The translations under genes and the position numbers were made by a program. Under the pieces are notes generated by a model that was not told the DNA's origin, made no database searches, and saw nothing but the letters and a program-made list of their open reading frames with translations. DNA of 64,000 nt from positions 85,365 through 149,364 of the forward strand of contig DF237092.1 of the NCBI GenBank assembly GCA_000708835.1, read 5' to 3'. The stretch comes from Klebsormidium nitens. Taxonomy: Eukaryota; Plantae; Klebsormidiophyceae. Below, piece by piece: positions 24,569 to 38,054 of this stretch (within the stretch, counting starts at the first letter, position 1; every line of letters starts with the position of its first letter).

Positions 24569-27027
24569 GAGAACTGTCCGTTGCTCCCGGTAAGCTACTG
24601 AGTTGTCTAGTTGCTTTTGAAGTGAAGGTAACTCGTATAAGAGCAGAAGCCGTTATAGTTTGGCTGCGTAGCTTAATGCACACGGATCAACGATACTTGC
24701 GCTGATAGCCAGGAAACCCCTCCTAACATTGCACAATTGCATCCGATGACTCATCCTGGGATAGAGCATAGGGCTAGGTGCCCCAGGTCTGGTATGCGCT
24801 GCTCCGGGGTGCGTTCCATCTTAACCACACACGCTTCGTGTTATTCGCGGAGCGTAGCACAGTTGTAAGACCAAAAATCTGATTACTGAAAGCCAGGTAC
24901 AAAACAATAAAACACTAGTCAAGTGGCGACGCTAACAGAACAGTCACGCCTTGTAAGCTGTTCGGCGAAGTCCGTCTTCTGTCCGTTCCAATTGCCGCTT
25001 TCCAATCAACACCAGCACGCCAAATGATGGCTGACTCAGTTAACCCCGAGCGTGCCCATGGTGATAAACCCATTTCTCTTTGGTGTCTGTTTTTTCTTGT
25101 TTGACTGCTTTTCGCGTAACGACTCAACTTGAAAGGAATTAATGGGAGCAGTGCGCATGGAAGGTATGCTGCAGACGGAAGCAGTTGGTGACAGTTACAA
25201 GCTGCGTCTGCTGTCGTGTGAGTTCCAGATACGCTGTTCTTTTAGCCCGAGGTTCTGTCTTTCGTGAAACGTTGACCTGGCCCGTAACAATCGAATCCCA
25301 CGCTTTTCCCTTCCGGTGGTCTTTGATTGCTACGTTGCTTTCCTTCAACTTACCTGCTGCAGTAACGAAGGTGGCTGCGATATGTGCCAGCTGCCAGTCT
25401 CGGCAGACATTTTTCTCCTTGATGCCGTGTTGTGTGTCGCCTGAGGTCAACATGGGCCCATGCTCGGTCACAAAGATAATTCGTCTGGTTACGCAAGCTT
25501 ATTGCAGCGGCGAGAGAAACAAGGTTTCTTTCAGTATGATCACGCAACTCATTGCTGAGAGCTCATTTCAGTTCCTCAAGTGGAGGCGAACTGCTGCTTT
25601 ACGAGTTGTTATCGTGGTCCAACTCACATTGATTCGGCTTTCTCATTGTGGAACGGGCTGGCTGTGAAGACAAATGGCCTTAGAGGTCACACCTCAAATT
25701 CATGCGGAAGCCGTCGCTTGACATGCATTATTGTTTGGGTTTTTGACAATCCCATAAGGGGAGGCGAAGTGCGCTTTGCGAATTGCTATCGCTGGTCCTA
25801 CTTGCGTTAATTTCGCATCTGCTTCCGGAACGTGCTGGCGGGGAAGACAACTGGCCGACGAGGTCACACATCCAAAGATTGCAGAAGCCGGCGCTTGACG
25901 TGCATTTGCTTTTTGATCTGTGAACTTCGACTGACAGGAAGCCCACATCTTTGAATACTCGCTTACAACATTGCCATGCCCTTTGGACGGAGGCCAGAAA
26001 CATTTAGAGATGAGGTTGGCTTGCCTGGCATCTGAGATGTCGAAGTGCTTGCACTTTGTTGGAACGCCATCCGCTGTGAAGCATGCCGGTGCACTGCTTC
26101 ATTTCGAGGCAGGCATTTGTGAACTGAAGCTCTTTCGGTGTTGAATTTTACACGAGGTTCCTGTAGAGGTTTGCAGGATATAGTTTCATCCAGATGAACG
26201 CAAGCATGCGCGTTTGCTCCTGTTCAGAAATTTGGGTTCCTGCGCTTCTTGAATTCTTCATTGCTGTCCTTGTCTCAGTTGACTTGGCGCAATGGATTTG
26301 ACCTCCGCTGTCAGCAGCTAAGAGCGGACTGCGCCCCTGGTACCCGAAGGGGCCGGCGCAAGCGCTTCTTAGGTCCATATACAATATTCTTGGATGCTCT
26401 CGGATAGAATGGTCGGCCATGACGAGAGTCGCAGTGCGGACTCCGCACATCCGTTTCAGTTCCTGTCTCCGAGGCCCTCGAGTCTGCTGGTCGCTACAAG
26501 TAGACGGTCACGAATAGGCCCACGTCTTAGTGACGTCAGCTCGGACAAGCAAAATGTGGCCTTGATGGGGAGAGCGTCCGCCGTTTGCACTTGCTCCTGC
26601 TTACCTTGCTTGCTCACCTTGCGAATTGATTGACTTGCTCATGGTCACCTTAGCGTTATGTTGACCTTCGTTGCTGCGCAAGAGCTGTGATCGACCAGCT
26701 CAACGATTTTAAGTTCTTCGCCAAACTGGCCGCCTTGTGGGTTCAGAACTATCTGATTCCCCTTTCCGCCAACTAAACGAGCTCAAGAGCAAAGGGGTCG
26801 CTGCCTGAGCCCCTGTTACATTAGAGAGGAAAAGGCCCGGCGAACAGCCCCGAGGAGCCACCGTCTTAGTCCAAGCGACTGTGCGGGTGCTAGGCTCGTC
26901 CATGCCTAAATCGTCCTGATGTTGAATTGGTTCGAAAACACTGGCAGTGATGCACTACCCTGAAGCCCTGCTTTAAGCAACAGCGAACACCGATTGACAG
27001 AACTTTGGTTCGCATGCTAGTTCATGT

Positions 27028-27128
27028 CCGAGTCTCGGCGTATGATCTAAGTCAATTTGTGATCGAGTCTCAGCTTATGGTGGAGTCTCAGCTTATGGTC
27101 GAGTCCCAAAATTACGGTCGAGTCTCAG
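27028..27128. repeat. 18-bp minisatellite, about 6 degenerate units (TCGAGTCTCAGCTTATGG)
   Basis: gatcgagtctcagcttatggtggagtctcagcttatggtcgagtcccaaaattacggtcgagtctcag. Confidence 0.85.
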
Positions 27129-27258
27129 TCAGTTTGCTCCACGTGGGTCCCCTGGGCTGTCAAACGCTTTGAACAATTCCTGAATATCCCTCAAGTTGAA
27201 GCAAAGAGCGAAGGGGTCCACTGAAAGATTAAGTTGCCGGATGTGGACCGCATAGAAG

Positions 27259-27332
27259 GGCTGGCTGTGATGGGATGCTCGCAGAGGCCCTGCTTCAATC
27301 ATCAGGAAGATTGTCCGTTGCGGAAGCCGGCC
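27259..27332 (+). ncRNA. Candidate K-turn-like stem-loop element
   Basis: GGCTGGC-T-GTGATG...CGGA-A-GCCGGCC: 7-bp terminal stem. Confidence 0.38.
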
Positions 27333-30300
27333 GTTCATTGTGTCTAGGTGCACTTACAAACCAGGCGCTACGGTGGCAAAGCGTTGTTGCTCGGCAGAAG
27401 CCGTGGTTCTTTGTCTGCTACTGTGGTTGTTGTTTGTGCTTATGCGCGTCTGTAAAACGTTCGATTCATCCGGCTAAGGTCACTTGGAATGTGGCGTAAT
27501 TCCAGTACACGACGATGACGGAAGACTAAACCCGTACACTTAAGTTCGTGTGGATCAATCTAGTAAAGAACAAAATGATGTCTCTGGTCCGGTTGCAAGG
27601 GCAGCCCATCAGACGATCTCAGGGCTGAAGTGTATGACCAAGTTTGTCTTATTGGCTGCTTCCCTATGTCTCAAGCTTGACTAGAAATGGTGTCAAAAAC
27701 GATGGCAACGATGGTTCACCCCCTGCGTGCTTTTTCGCGGGCCACATCCGGAGAATCCAGCGGCGCCGGTCGATACTATTCAAGTGGCAAATGGATTGCC
27801 ATCTGTATTTATGTCTATCTCGTGCATGCTGTTGTCGTCACGTGTTATGCTACGGCGTAGCCCTTTCCTACAAGTTGCTTGCATTCCGAGTCACTCTTTC
27901 CTTCTAGACTCTGCACGCTTTGTGAAGCTACATGTCGAATACGCTACCCTCAATTTGAAGACCGCCATGTCTGAAGAAATTTGTCTGCAGTTTCTTTGAT
28001 CATGCATGCCAACATGGTTTTGATGCAAGAATTTGGGCATGTGCTGGCACGAAGGGCCACAAGTGTGGGCGGTCATGGCTGATGCTAGACTTTCTATGCA
28101 AATCAATAGAGCATAGCCAATCAACCCTTTCCATCGCCTGAAGTTAACCCGATGGCTCTCTCGTATACGGTTCTGAAGCAATGACTGCCGTGAAACGTCG
28201 TTTCACAAGCCCCTACCTCGTTCTCATTCTGAAGCCGGTGCGTACGTTTTTGACTTCAGGTCCTCCTCCTAGTTATGACGAACCAAACTTGTCGAGGAGT
28301 TCGATAACGGTTTCTCCAGTTGGATTGCAACGGTTCGGCTCCTTCTCCTATTCAGGGAGCTAGGAAGGCGCGTCGCCTCATCCGGTTTCCCTGAAGCTTT
28401 GTCCTGGTGTGAACTTGCAACCGCGCACCAAAGTTCGTGTCGCCATGAACTCCTTCGCGCACCTGCTTTATTCCAGATCTCTTTTCGAGTTTTTGCCTCA
28501 TGTCAATGCCGGTAAGATTTAACCTTTCTGCTTTTGGCATCCTTTTATTAAGCGTCGCAAATTAGTCATAGCTTTGGATCAACTCCTTTGACTGTCTGCT
28601 CGTCACGTCTTTCCTGCGAGATTGTGAACACTTCGTCTTTCTTGAATTCGAGATTTCGAGCACGAGCTTCATGGCCAGGGAGAAGCTCCGCCTGTTTCTT
28701 CTACATTTCGGGTCTCGCTCCGGATTGCGTATGTTCTAGGCTGCTACTTCAGCTTGTTGAGCTTCTGTGGAAGAAGTTTTGCCCGGCCGCTTCGGCTCCT
28801 TCATCTTCCTTAGATTGGACGTTCTAAGAGTCCTTGCTCGACCTCGTCAGATTTCCGGACCCTGCAACGCTGTTTCGAAATTGAAGGCGAAAGGATCAGC
28901 TATGATAGTACCGGCAATAGGCTCCGACCCAGCCATATTTTCTCGAAGCCATATTTCCTCGAAGCTGCTATGTTCCTTCCTTCGGAATGCTATACTGAGA
29001 TTACTGTTGGTCCAGTCTCAATCAAACCATGTTAAGTCGGGAGACATTACGCTCCTGAGCAGAGTGGCTTGGGCAACCGGTTGTATTGCTACTGTTGTGA
29101 ATTCCGTCGCTAACTCCAGTAGGTTAGCGTGTCGCCACGTGTCGCTAGGCTCTGACATACGTCTCGTTGATGAGGATGCCGGTGGCAATGCTTGCTTGGG
29201 AGAGTGGCCGAGCTGATGATTATCTTGTTTCTAATCACGCTCCAAAAGTGCTGCAACAATCTACTATTCAGCATAAAAATCATGAAAACAACAGCATTTT
29301 CTGAGTGCAACGCATCGATTTGCTGGCAGCGATGGATCGTGCTGGAGCTTTGCTTCAGTCACCCCTTGTCTTTCTTACAGAAGGCGGGATACCGTCCGAA
29401 TCGCGCATGCCTTGGGGCTCAACGGACGGTTGCTCTTATCAACTTCCTGGACTTGGGCTTGCTGGAGAAAATGTTGGATTCGTGTAGAAGGCTTGCAACT
29501 GCCGTATGTCACCATCCCTTCGCTTCAAGCCGAAGGGCTGTCCCTGCGCTAACGCATGCGGCACTCAGGTTCAAGTTCCTCAAGCAACTGCCGGTCTCGA
29601 ACCGTTGTATGTGTTTAAGCGAGGGTCCTGTAATGAGTTGTCTTTTTCAGTGATCCCTGCCCTTTTCAATCACAGAAAACGATAAAGTAGGTCCCACAGA
29701 TAAGGCGGGCTCGGATGGTTGCTTTGATGAGGTCTCAATTTTTTCATAGATCAGGAGCCTCTCCAGATGCCAGCCGTTCCATGGTTTTACCAAAGGCTCG
29801 TCGTTTTTTTGGTGCCTCTTTTGTCTTTCAACTCAACATATTATGTCTACCAGGCCCTTCTTGTCTTCCCCCACAAGTGGACCCACGTGCTTTCCAGACG
29901 TCCGCATCCCTCGACTTTCCGCTTGCTTTCCGTGCGTGTACCCAGCCTATGGCATGTGCCGCATCAAAGAAGTCTTTCCTAAGAGAACCGAAGGATTGCA
30001 GTAGTCCACAAGCCGCTGTTTCAGACTTCCCAAAACTCAGACAACCCTTTGGATCCTAAGAAACTGCGGTTGTTGACGTGTGTAGTTCTGATAACGAAGC
30101 CTCGATGGAAACTGGCAATGATATGAAAGGCCTCTGCGGCGTTGCCGCAAGTCTTTTCGTTGAAGATCAGACGCTGGTTGTGCCAATTAAGCAAACGCAG
30201 ATTTTTCAATCGTGGCAACTTCGTTCGTTGGTTCTGAGACAGGTGCTTTGAAGCTGAGGATCCCTACTACATCCTCTTTGCAAGCAAGGTTCGGCTTCTT

Positions 30301-33300
30301 CAAAGTTTTCTTCTGTTTGAGGTGCTGCTGCGCGCGCAATTGCACTTTGCTGTGTGCACCGAAATGACGAAGAAAAAGAAGGCCGGGATGCTACTGAGCG
30401 TCATGACGAGGCTATGCCTCAATAGGCGATCCATGTAGACAATGCTGACAAGCCAGTCGGTAAGTGGACCCATTAACATGTGCCGACAACGTTCTCTTTT
30501 GGAACCTAAACCGTTTCCTCTTCTACTCTCCCATTACCTTGACCCAGTACTCCAATAATCGTTGGCAGCAAAAAGGTCAACGCGCTTGGCAAAAGTCCTC
30601 GTTTGACGCGCTTGGCAAAAGTCCTCGTTTGCATGTTGGTCAGGCAAACCCGACCGCACAACTCAGGGTATGATATACACCTGTTTCTGTTTGGGCATGT
30701 GGGCACCTACTTATCTGCTTCTATGCTGAGCTTTCTGTACAGGACGTGTACCAGCGTAAGCGAGAATCTGCAGAACGCCTTTGTAGCCGAGCGGGTTGCA
30801 TCGGCGGCCTCGTATGTGAAAGACTAGGCATCATCTTCTTAGCCCGGGCAAGCCCTTTGCTATCACACTGTTTAGGGCGGGTGATCACCATCCTGAAATT
30901 TTGGTATATGCATGTCCAGTCTGCTACAGTCCCATGATTTTAGAGAGAATTGCACCTCGTCAGACGGATGTCTCATTTGGTTTGCTTCTGCACAATGAAA
31001 TCTTCCCCTGCGCTTCTCTCTCTTAGGTTCTTCCCTTAAGGCACGTTGTGTCCGAGCGAATCACTTTGAAGATTGCACACGGCAGCAAAATTCATTTGCG
31101 TTCAGTCCTCTTTCTGTTACGCCATGCACCTGATACCGTCGCCGATGACCTCAATCTATTTTGGTAACTGCCCTTAAAATACAAACTCCGACTTTTGTGT
31201 AGTTTGCGCGCTGTATTGGGTCGCGTCCGTTGAAAGCTCGTCTACTTCCGTGTTCTCAGGGGACGTGCTTCTGAAGTCTGTGGCTGTGACGTGAAACAGC
31301 GCTCTGCACGTATTTGCAGATAGGAGGTTGAAGCGTTTTATTCTACTGATGCCAAGAAGTTATGACTTACAAAAGCTAGCCATAATACCATCGTGCCATG
31401 TGATCATATCCATGTAATTATTGGATGATGGCACAAAACCTGCAAGTGGGCATTGATTCGAAGAAAGCTGAACCTTCGGCCCAGATGTTTTTCCTCCTTT
31501 TTCCTCCGCTTTCAAGAGCTGGTGCGAGGTATTCTCTGTAAACCGCTTTAGACACACTCTGCAACATCTAAGCGCTTGGCGGTTTTTATGTTTTCGTCCC
31601 CCTTTCGGAGGTCAAGGAGTCCTCCTCATTCTGGTCCCGAAAGAAGTCCGCAACAGTATCCAGGTCATAGTTGCTTTTCGTAGAAAACAACGAATGTGCC
31701 AACTCGGGTGTGGGTCACAAGGCGGTGATTCCTGCGATATGCTTCAGCCATTTGCTTGGCAACCCACACTCCAGGTCTGAGCCGGATTGAGCCGGATTCT
31801 TCCATCGGTTGCCCCTGCCACGATAAAAGTGGACTCTTTATTAACCAGGGCCCGGGCTTATTGTTGGTTCAGATATTATTTGTTGGAATTAGCAAGTTTC
31901 TTTCAATCCTGGATGCGCTCTTCCTTTCGTTCCTGACTGTGCAAGTGTTTCGACCTGAGAATGTGCTGAAAGAATCCAAAGTTGGTGTATCATCAGGGTA
32001 GCAAATGAGAAGGCCCGTCATCAATTTCCATTGCCGATCCATCCGTTTCAGGCGAAGCCGCGTTTCGATTATTCGGAGTGGCAACCCACCCGTCTGCAAA
32101 TCATAAGCCAAGATGTCGCGCTTTCACGCTCTGAATGAAGACCCACCGCCAGTCGTAGACTTGGTCCCATTGCTTTACCAGGGTATGTATGCCGGGTCAT
32201 GTTCAACGCTCCATTTGTTTCCGGTCCCCTGTTTATCTCCCTTTTGCTTTTGCTTTCTGCTTTACGATGGGACTTTCTATTCGTGTTTTTTTTGGACTTT
32301 CTTCTGACCGTGATTTGATTGCGGCCATAGAGCGGAATGTGACAGAAGTCTCTCTTTCGAGGAGGTCAATAAGTTATTTTTCATTACGTGCTTTCATCCT
32401 TGGCCAGACGAAGTCTCTGTAGAGATTTCTATCGGATAACGTGTTCCGCTAAAGTGTGCAAGGCAACTTGGCAACGAAGGATGTCCGCTCCGCGGGCTCG
32501 ACACTTCTCAGATTGTGGACGACTTTCTCAGCAGAGCCTGCCACACACATTCATTTTTGGATTTTTCAAGTAAGCACCGCTTAGTACGCTTTTGGAAGCC
32601 GCTGACTGCGGTCAGTTGGGGAATCGATATCGTACGCAGCAAAGCAGCGGGTTGTCACCTCTGCGGGTGGGCTAGCTTGCTCGAAACCCGGATGTCAAAT
32701 ATTAACAGCTTGATTTCAGGACAGCTTTTCTTAAGTTGGCAAGTACGAGGAGTCCATAGTAGGCCCCTCTGCGTTCAGGGGGCGTGAAACTCTGATCCAA
32801 TCGTAAGCGGTCAAGCAGGACGCATTTACGGATCTTTTAAGTTAGCTGGAGGATTGTGCAAGGGGGATGTGTTGTAAACGTTGACGTGGTGCAGACGTTT
32901 TGTCCTGCCAAAACGTGCCAACTTGAAGGTGCAATTCAGACAAAATTCTGTACATACGTAGAAAGATTCCGATATCATATTGCCTTACCGGTGAAGCTTT
33001 GGACCTCGGGTTTGAAAAGCATCACCGAAACAAGTCAGAAACTTGCCTCTCACTTGACGGTATTTCCGAGACCCTCCCACGGGTTGGATCCGAGTCAAGC
33101 CTTGTCGCGCAGACAATCTAGGCTGATCTGCTACTGGTAGAAATCAAAGGCTGCTGAACAAAGCTTTTCAAATGCACCAGATGGGCAGAGGGTACATGCG
33201 TGTTTGGCTGTGAGAAAACTCAGGATGAGGATCTCGGCGCCTCATCACGGTCCGTCGAGAGCCATGCAATTAAGCAACGTCGGCGTTCAAACATAACAGT

Positions 33301-36300
33301 CGTACGGTTAGTTTCTCATGCCGCTTCTAATTTTCGTTGACTCGTACGTATGGTCTGTAGGGCTAGCGACGGCAGTCAATTGTTGCATGTTTGGCGGACG
33401 GACGAGGCGTCGAATTGCGCCGGTGATGCCAAGAACGCATCCCGACGTCGATCCAACAATTAAAGAAAGATGCATCTCTCATACGTCTATAAGCTTTCTT
33501 AAAGAAGCGTGTCTAGAAAACGTGCGTCGTCGAAAGATTTAAGCCGTTCTGGGCTGCAATACGATCCCATCGTCCTCAAGTTACGACACAAATATTCTTC
33601 TGAGTCCTAAATTCATACTGCGCTTGAGAGCGGCTGTGAGGACTCACCGCAGTGACGCTTGCCTCTCGTCGTGTCGACGTCACCAAGCTGTGCCGTCTCC
33701 GTTGAAGCCGGCGATTATACGAAGTAAAGCAATAGTTGACGGTCGGTTTTGTGGCTTACTTCCACGAATTGACGCAGCACTCCTTGCCGAGTTGATATGT
33801 CTTCCGGATCTTTCGGCCGCTAGAATCGAGTTCGGCGCCACCAATTTTTATAACTAATACATTCGCCTGTCGATTGTGGCCGTGAAGAAGAGCTTTGACT
33901 TGGTTTCCAGACGCCTCGGCAAGCCATGCTACTGATCCATATGCTTTGAAAGCGTCCGATGCCACCTTTGACTTCAATCTGCCCCAGTGCAGCTAGTTGC
34001 CAGATGCTTTGCTACGATCGATATCTTGCATGGCCGGCACGGAGCAGCAACTCAAAACTCGATGAAAGACTTTGCACACATACTTGTACGTATCAAACGG
34101 CGCGCTAAGCAATTCTTCAAGGGAGCTGACGGCCAACTGTTTTTCGGACTGTGTTTCGGGCGTTGTGTTTTCGGAAATTTGTTATTGACCCCTATTACAG
34201 CAGATTGTTATCGGGCTAGCCCACTTGGGGGTTGCCCGGCAACGGCTCACCCAGGGATCCGACTCTAGGGCCTCTTTTTAATGCCGCCGCTATGCACGGG
34301 CGCATCCAAACTTCCTGAGAATTCGTCACCCCAATGACTTCTTCCTTTCTCTCCCTGATTTATCCGTGCGACGTGGTCGTGGGACGCTTGTCTAGTCTCA
34401 GCCCACCAAATAAAGATGGGAGTGTTACAGTCGCGGCTGTGATTTCAAAGAGCGCACTAGTCTGCGATAAGGTTGCAGAGTTTGGCTTTGAAGTTCCCTG
34501 AGGCCCTGTAAATTGCAGATTTCAAACCTCTGACGTAACAGTGCCCTCAATTCAAATTCTCAGCATAGTGAATGTAGCGCCCGTTAGGGGATGAAAGCGT
34601 GCAGTGCTCAATCCGACCACGTTTTAAACGTTTCCTCTCAGTTTCTCGAATGACTTATAGAGCTTCTCAAAGGGGGCAAAGGGTGAATAGCGTTTCACTG
34701 TCAGTGCCGATGCTATGGAGACAAGAGTCATCAAAAGGCCATATGCCCAACGGGTACATTTGGAAAGTTTGGCTGCTAACAAGGCCGTTCACCAGGCTCG
34801 AGCCTCAAGTCATTGGACACTGAACCGGGCTGTTCTCATGCTCTTTACCGCCCAATGCAAGTCTGGTTATCGGACAGTTAACCCTTCTGTATCGGCGCAT
34901 AGCCAGCCCATTATAACCAACTATGGTTACGGGCCCAAAACTGATGTGCGCGCAACGGCAGACAAAGGCGCTCTAGGTGGGCTTGTGACCGCGAAACGCT
35001 TTCGTCGTCAGCCTTTCAAAGTTGTGTTCGAGCCTGGCTAGGCGACCCCTCGTCGGGACTGGATCAAAAAATCTGACGTTTCCCAGGCTTCTTGGTTTCT
35101 TCGTGTTCGAGGCAAACGGTGTTATCCGGAGCTGCTGAGATTTACGTTGTTGAATGCCGTTGTGACGCATACTGCGAGTTCAGATTGCAAGCGGTACTGG
35201 CTAGATCAGCAACCACTGATATCTTTGCTCCTGGGAAAGAGTGCAAATCCGAGGTCTCAATTCTTGCTTCATGATCGCACTCACCTTATGCTCAATCGGT
35301 GAGTTTGGAGGCTGTGACTTCGATCTATGGTACGCTACATGCCACTCAAAGTCACGGTGGCACAGGAGCATCCATTACACGTCTGAGCCACATAGGCCGA
35401 TCCTGACACCGTAAAATTCCTTCCAATTGGTTTTGATTCATCATATTCCAATGGGCCGTACTGAAACTTATGAGTCGAGTTACTCGGGATTCTCTTAACA
35501 TCTAGGCAGAAAACTCGTTTTCAGATGCATTCTGCTTTTACCTCTCTGGTGGGAAACTTATGCAAGTGGATACTACAGTCGGTAAGTTGATCTTACAGTC
35601 GGCGTCTATAAGCTCGTTTCTATCGTCTCCTTGATTGTGCAGTCTTCCGAAAGGGGTGCTTCCGCTTGCAAACGACTCAAGGTTTTGCGCTCTTCGTCGG
35701 TAGAAGCTCGAGTCTGCTGTTCGAGTCTCGCTAGCAACAAGACTTTGTCTGCTTCTCGGATCGAAACCAACTATTACTCGTTCTTCTCACGAATATGTTG
35801 TAGCCGATAGATTGAGGGGACAAGCGTTTCTACAGGAATAAAATTATCATCTTACCCCCATATGGTCATCCTTGGCCAGACTGGATTTCCAGAAAGCTCT
35901 CGCTGCCCCGAAGTCCCACCAAAAACTGATCTTTGCAAGGCAATGAAGGGTGTTATCTGCGGCGGGCTTAACATTTTCCGCAGGACTGGACAGCCGTTCG
36001 CCTCATCAGAGCCTTGCTTTTTCAGCCATGTTCACTCTTGACCAGGTGACTTGAGAAGTTGCCGTTCAGTACACTTTCAGAAATGCTGAGTGCGATCAGC
36101 CATCTGTGATTTGAAACTTAGACATCAAGGCGCGCCGAGGGGTTTGAATTCTTGAAAGCGGGGACGCATGCCTTACTCGTGCTCGATTCAAATTCGTGGT
36201 TCTTTTGAAGTTCCTGCCGCGCTTGAAACTGTATGATTTGTGCTTTTTGGAGCGCCCCTCCCCCTGCACCTAGTACTCCTCCATTCCAGAGATACAAGCA

Positions 36301-36427
36301 ATGGCTAGGTAAAAGGCAAGGGATGGGGGGAAAAGGATTGATGCCATCATACAAGGCCCAAGAATGACCCGGCAAGCTTTAAGATTGACCACGAGGCAAA
36401 TTTCAGATTCGCGAGCATGCCAAGCAT

Positions 36428-36497
36428 GCGGCTGTGAGGAAACACGACATCATGAGGGCTTCCCTCAGTCATTGCGACATCGGTGCTGAATTGCCGC
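36428..36497 (+). ncRNA. Candidate K-turn/C-D-like stem-loop element
   Basis: GCGGC-T-GTGAGG...CTGA-ATT-GCCGC; internal TGAGGG/CCCTCA hairpin. Confidence 0.35.
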
Positions 36498-37970
36498 TTC
36501 GAAGAGCGCACAGTCACACTCAACCCCGGCCCTTGTGAGTGACCATTCTCGTGGTCGCATTTTCAGGAGTCTTTAAGGACATAGATGAGCGCTCAAAGGA
36601 CATAGGTGAGCGCTCAGCGGCCGAAATTGCAATGCGCGTACGTCTGGCGATGTTTGCCTTGTTGCGTCTGGAATCGCTGTAGACAGCCGTATTTTGCCCG
36701 TATTTCAAATCGCTGGCCCTTCCCTTAGCTTCACCGGGACTTTCCCAAAGATCGATCCAACTTCAATGTCTGTTGAACGTCGAGGACCTCATTCTGCTCC
36801 GATAAGGAGGCACGCGCTCTGCTGATGACGTGCAAAGGAGCGTGCCAGGCCTAGTGGGCGGTTCAAGGATTTTGGCTAAACACCAATCCAAAAGGTCGCT
36901 AGCGGGGCAGATTGGCTCTGTTCACCACATGGGTGTCCACGCATTAGCTGCTCGTCTGAAGCCAGTTTCCTTGCGGACGCAGCACAGTGTGTTCCTCCCT
37001 TACCTCAGAAATCAGTCTCCTTTGGTTTTTGCATTCCGGCGTTGACATTTTCGTTCTCTCTGCGGCTTACATCGTTCCCCTCCTTTTGCTGAGATTGGTC
37101 ATCTCCATAGTCTCTAGAAATGGTTTGGCTCGCAGTGTCGCCACTTTCGGATGCGGCTCCTGACACTTTTCTCGTGTTGTCCGAGAAATACCAAGTCTGA
37201 TATAATGTTAAGCGACGTCGATGAATGTCCTCTCTGGTATGATCGAGGTCGTACCGTTAATCCTGGCCGTGACGCACCAAAGCAAAGAGGTCGTGCCCGA
37301 CCCTCAAAGCTCACCACCCTTGTTGCAATCTGAAGCCATGAAGTCGGCAATTTGGAAGTGCGGCTGCTTTACGATCACACAAAGATCTGTTTCATTGCAA
37401 GCCTCCGCAATGTATGTTGATCACCTGAGCTGGTTGGTCACTTTCAAATCAAACAAGGTGCCCAAAGTGGGTACAGTGAACCAAATTCTTTGATTGTCGA
37501 TACAGACGCCAGCCCGGGTTCTAAGCCACGTGGCTGATTCTCTTTTACGGCTGGTAAAAAAACGAAAAATTCACGTCGCTGCCCCTTCTCGGCAATTCAA
37601 CGGCTTTTCTCCATTGGGCCATTGTTTTAGAATCCAGTGGACTGTACGTCGGGAAGAGTCTGCCCGTTCAACATCTGCGCCACGCTAGGAACTTGCAAAC
37701 AAGCGTGTCTGGTCGTTGCGATCATCAGTTTTGATGAGTACCCCATCGAAGATTACGGGGACAACACCAGAAGGCTCCATAGGCCGTGATGGGGACTGCA
37801 CGTTGAGCGGGCTGAGCCTCACACGTCGGCAGATTGTTCCGTCTGACTAATCCTAAGCTCGTCTTAGCTATTCCTTCTAGTCAATCTTGATTACCTTGCC
37901 GGCAAGTCTGGATCAAGGATAACGTTCTGCGCACCAGCCCAGAAGATAATTCGCTTAAATCTTTGAATGA

Positions 37971-38054
37971 TACGGCTGTGATGCCTGCCAAACTATAGTA
38001 CGCTTGTTGCCACTTCAGTGGTAAACGCCATACTTCAGGACGTCTGAAGCCGTA
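37971..38054 (+). ncRNA. Candidate K-turn/C-D-like stem-loop element
   Basis: TACGGC-T-GTGATG...CTGA-A-GCCGTA: perfect 6-bp terminal stem; internal TTGCCAC/GTGGTAA hairpin. Confidence 0.42.

Noticed and set aside
25139-26450. Protein-like minus-strand ORFs with a strong donor (CAG|GTAAGT near 25360)
   Set aside because: No recognisable domain, no chain of phase-compatible exons, and codon usage unlike the verified exons.
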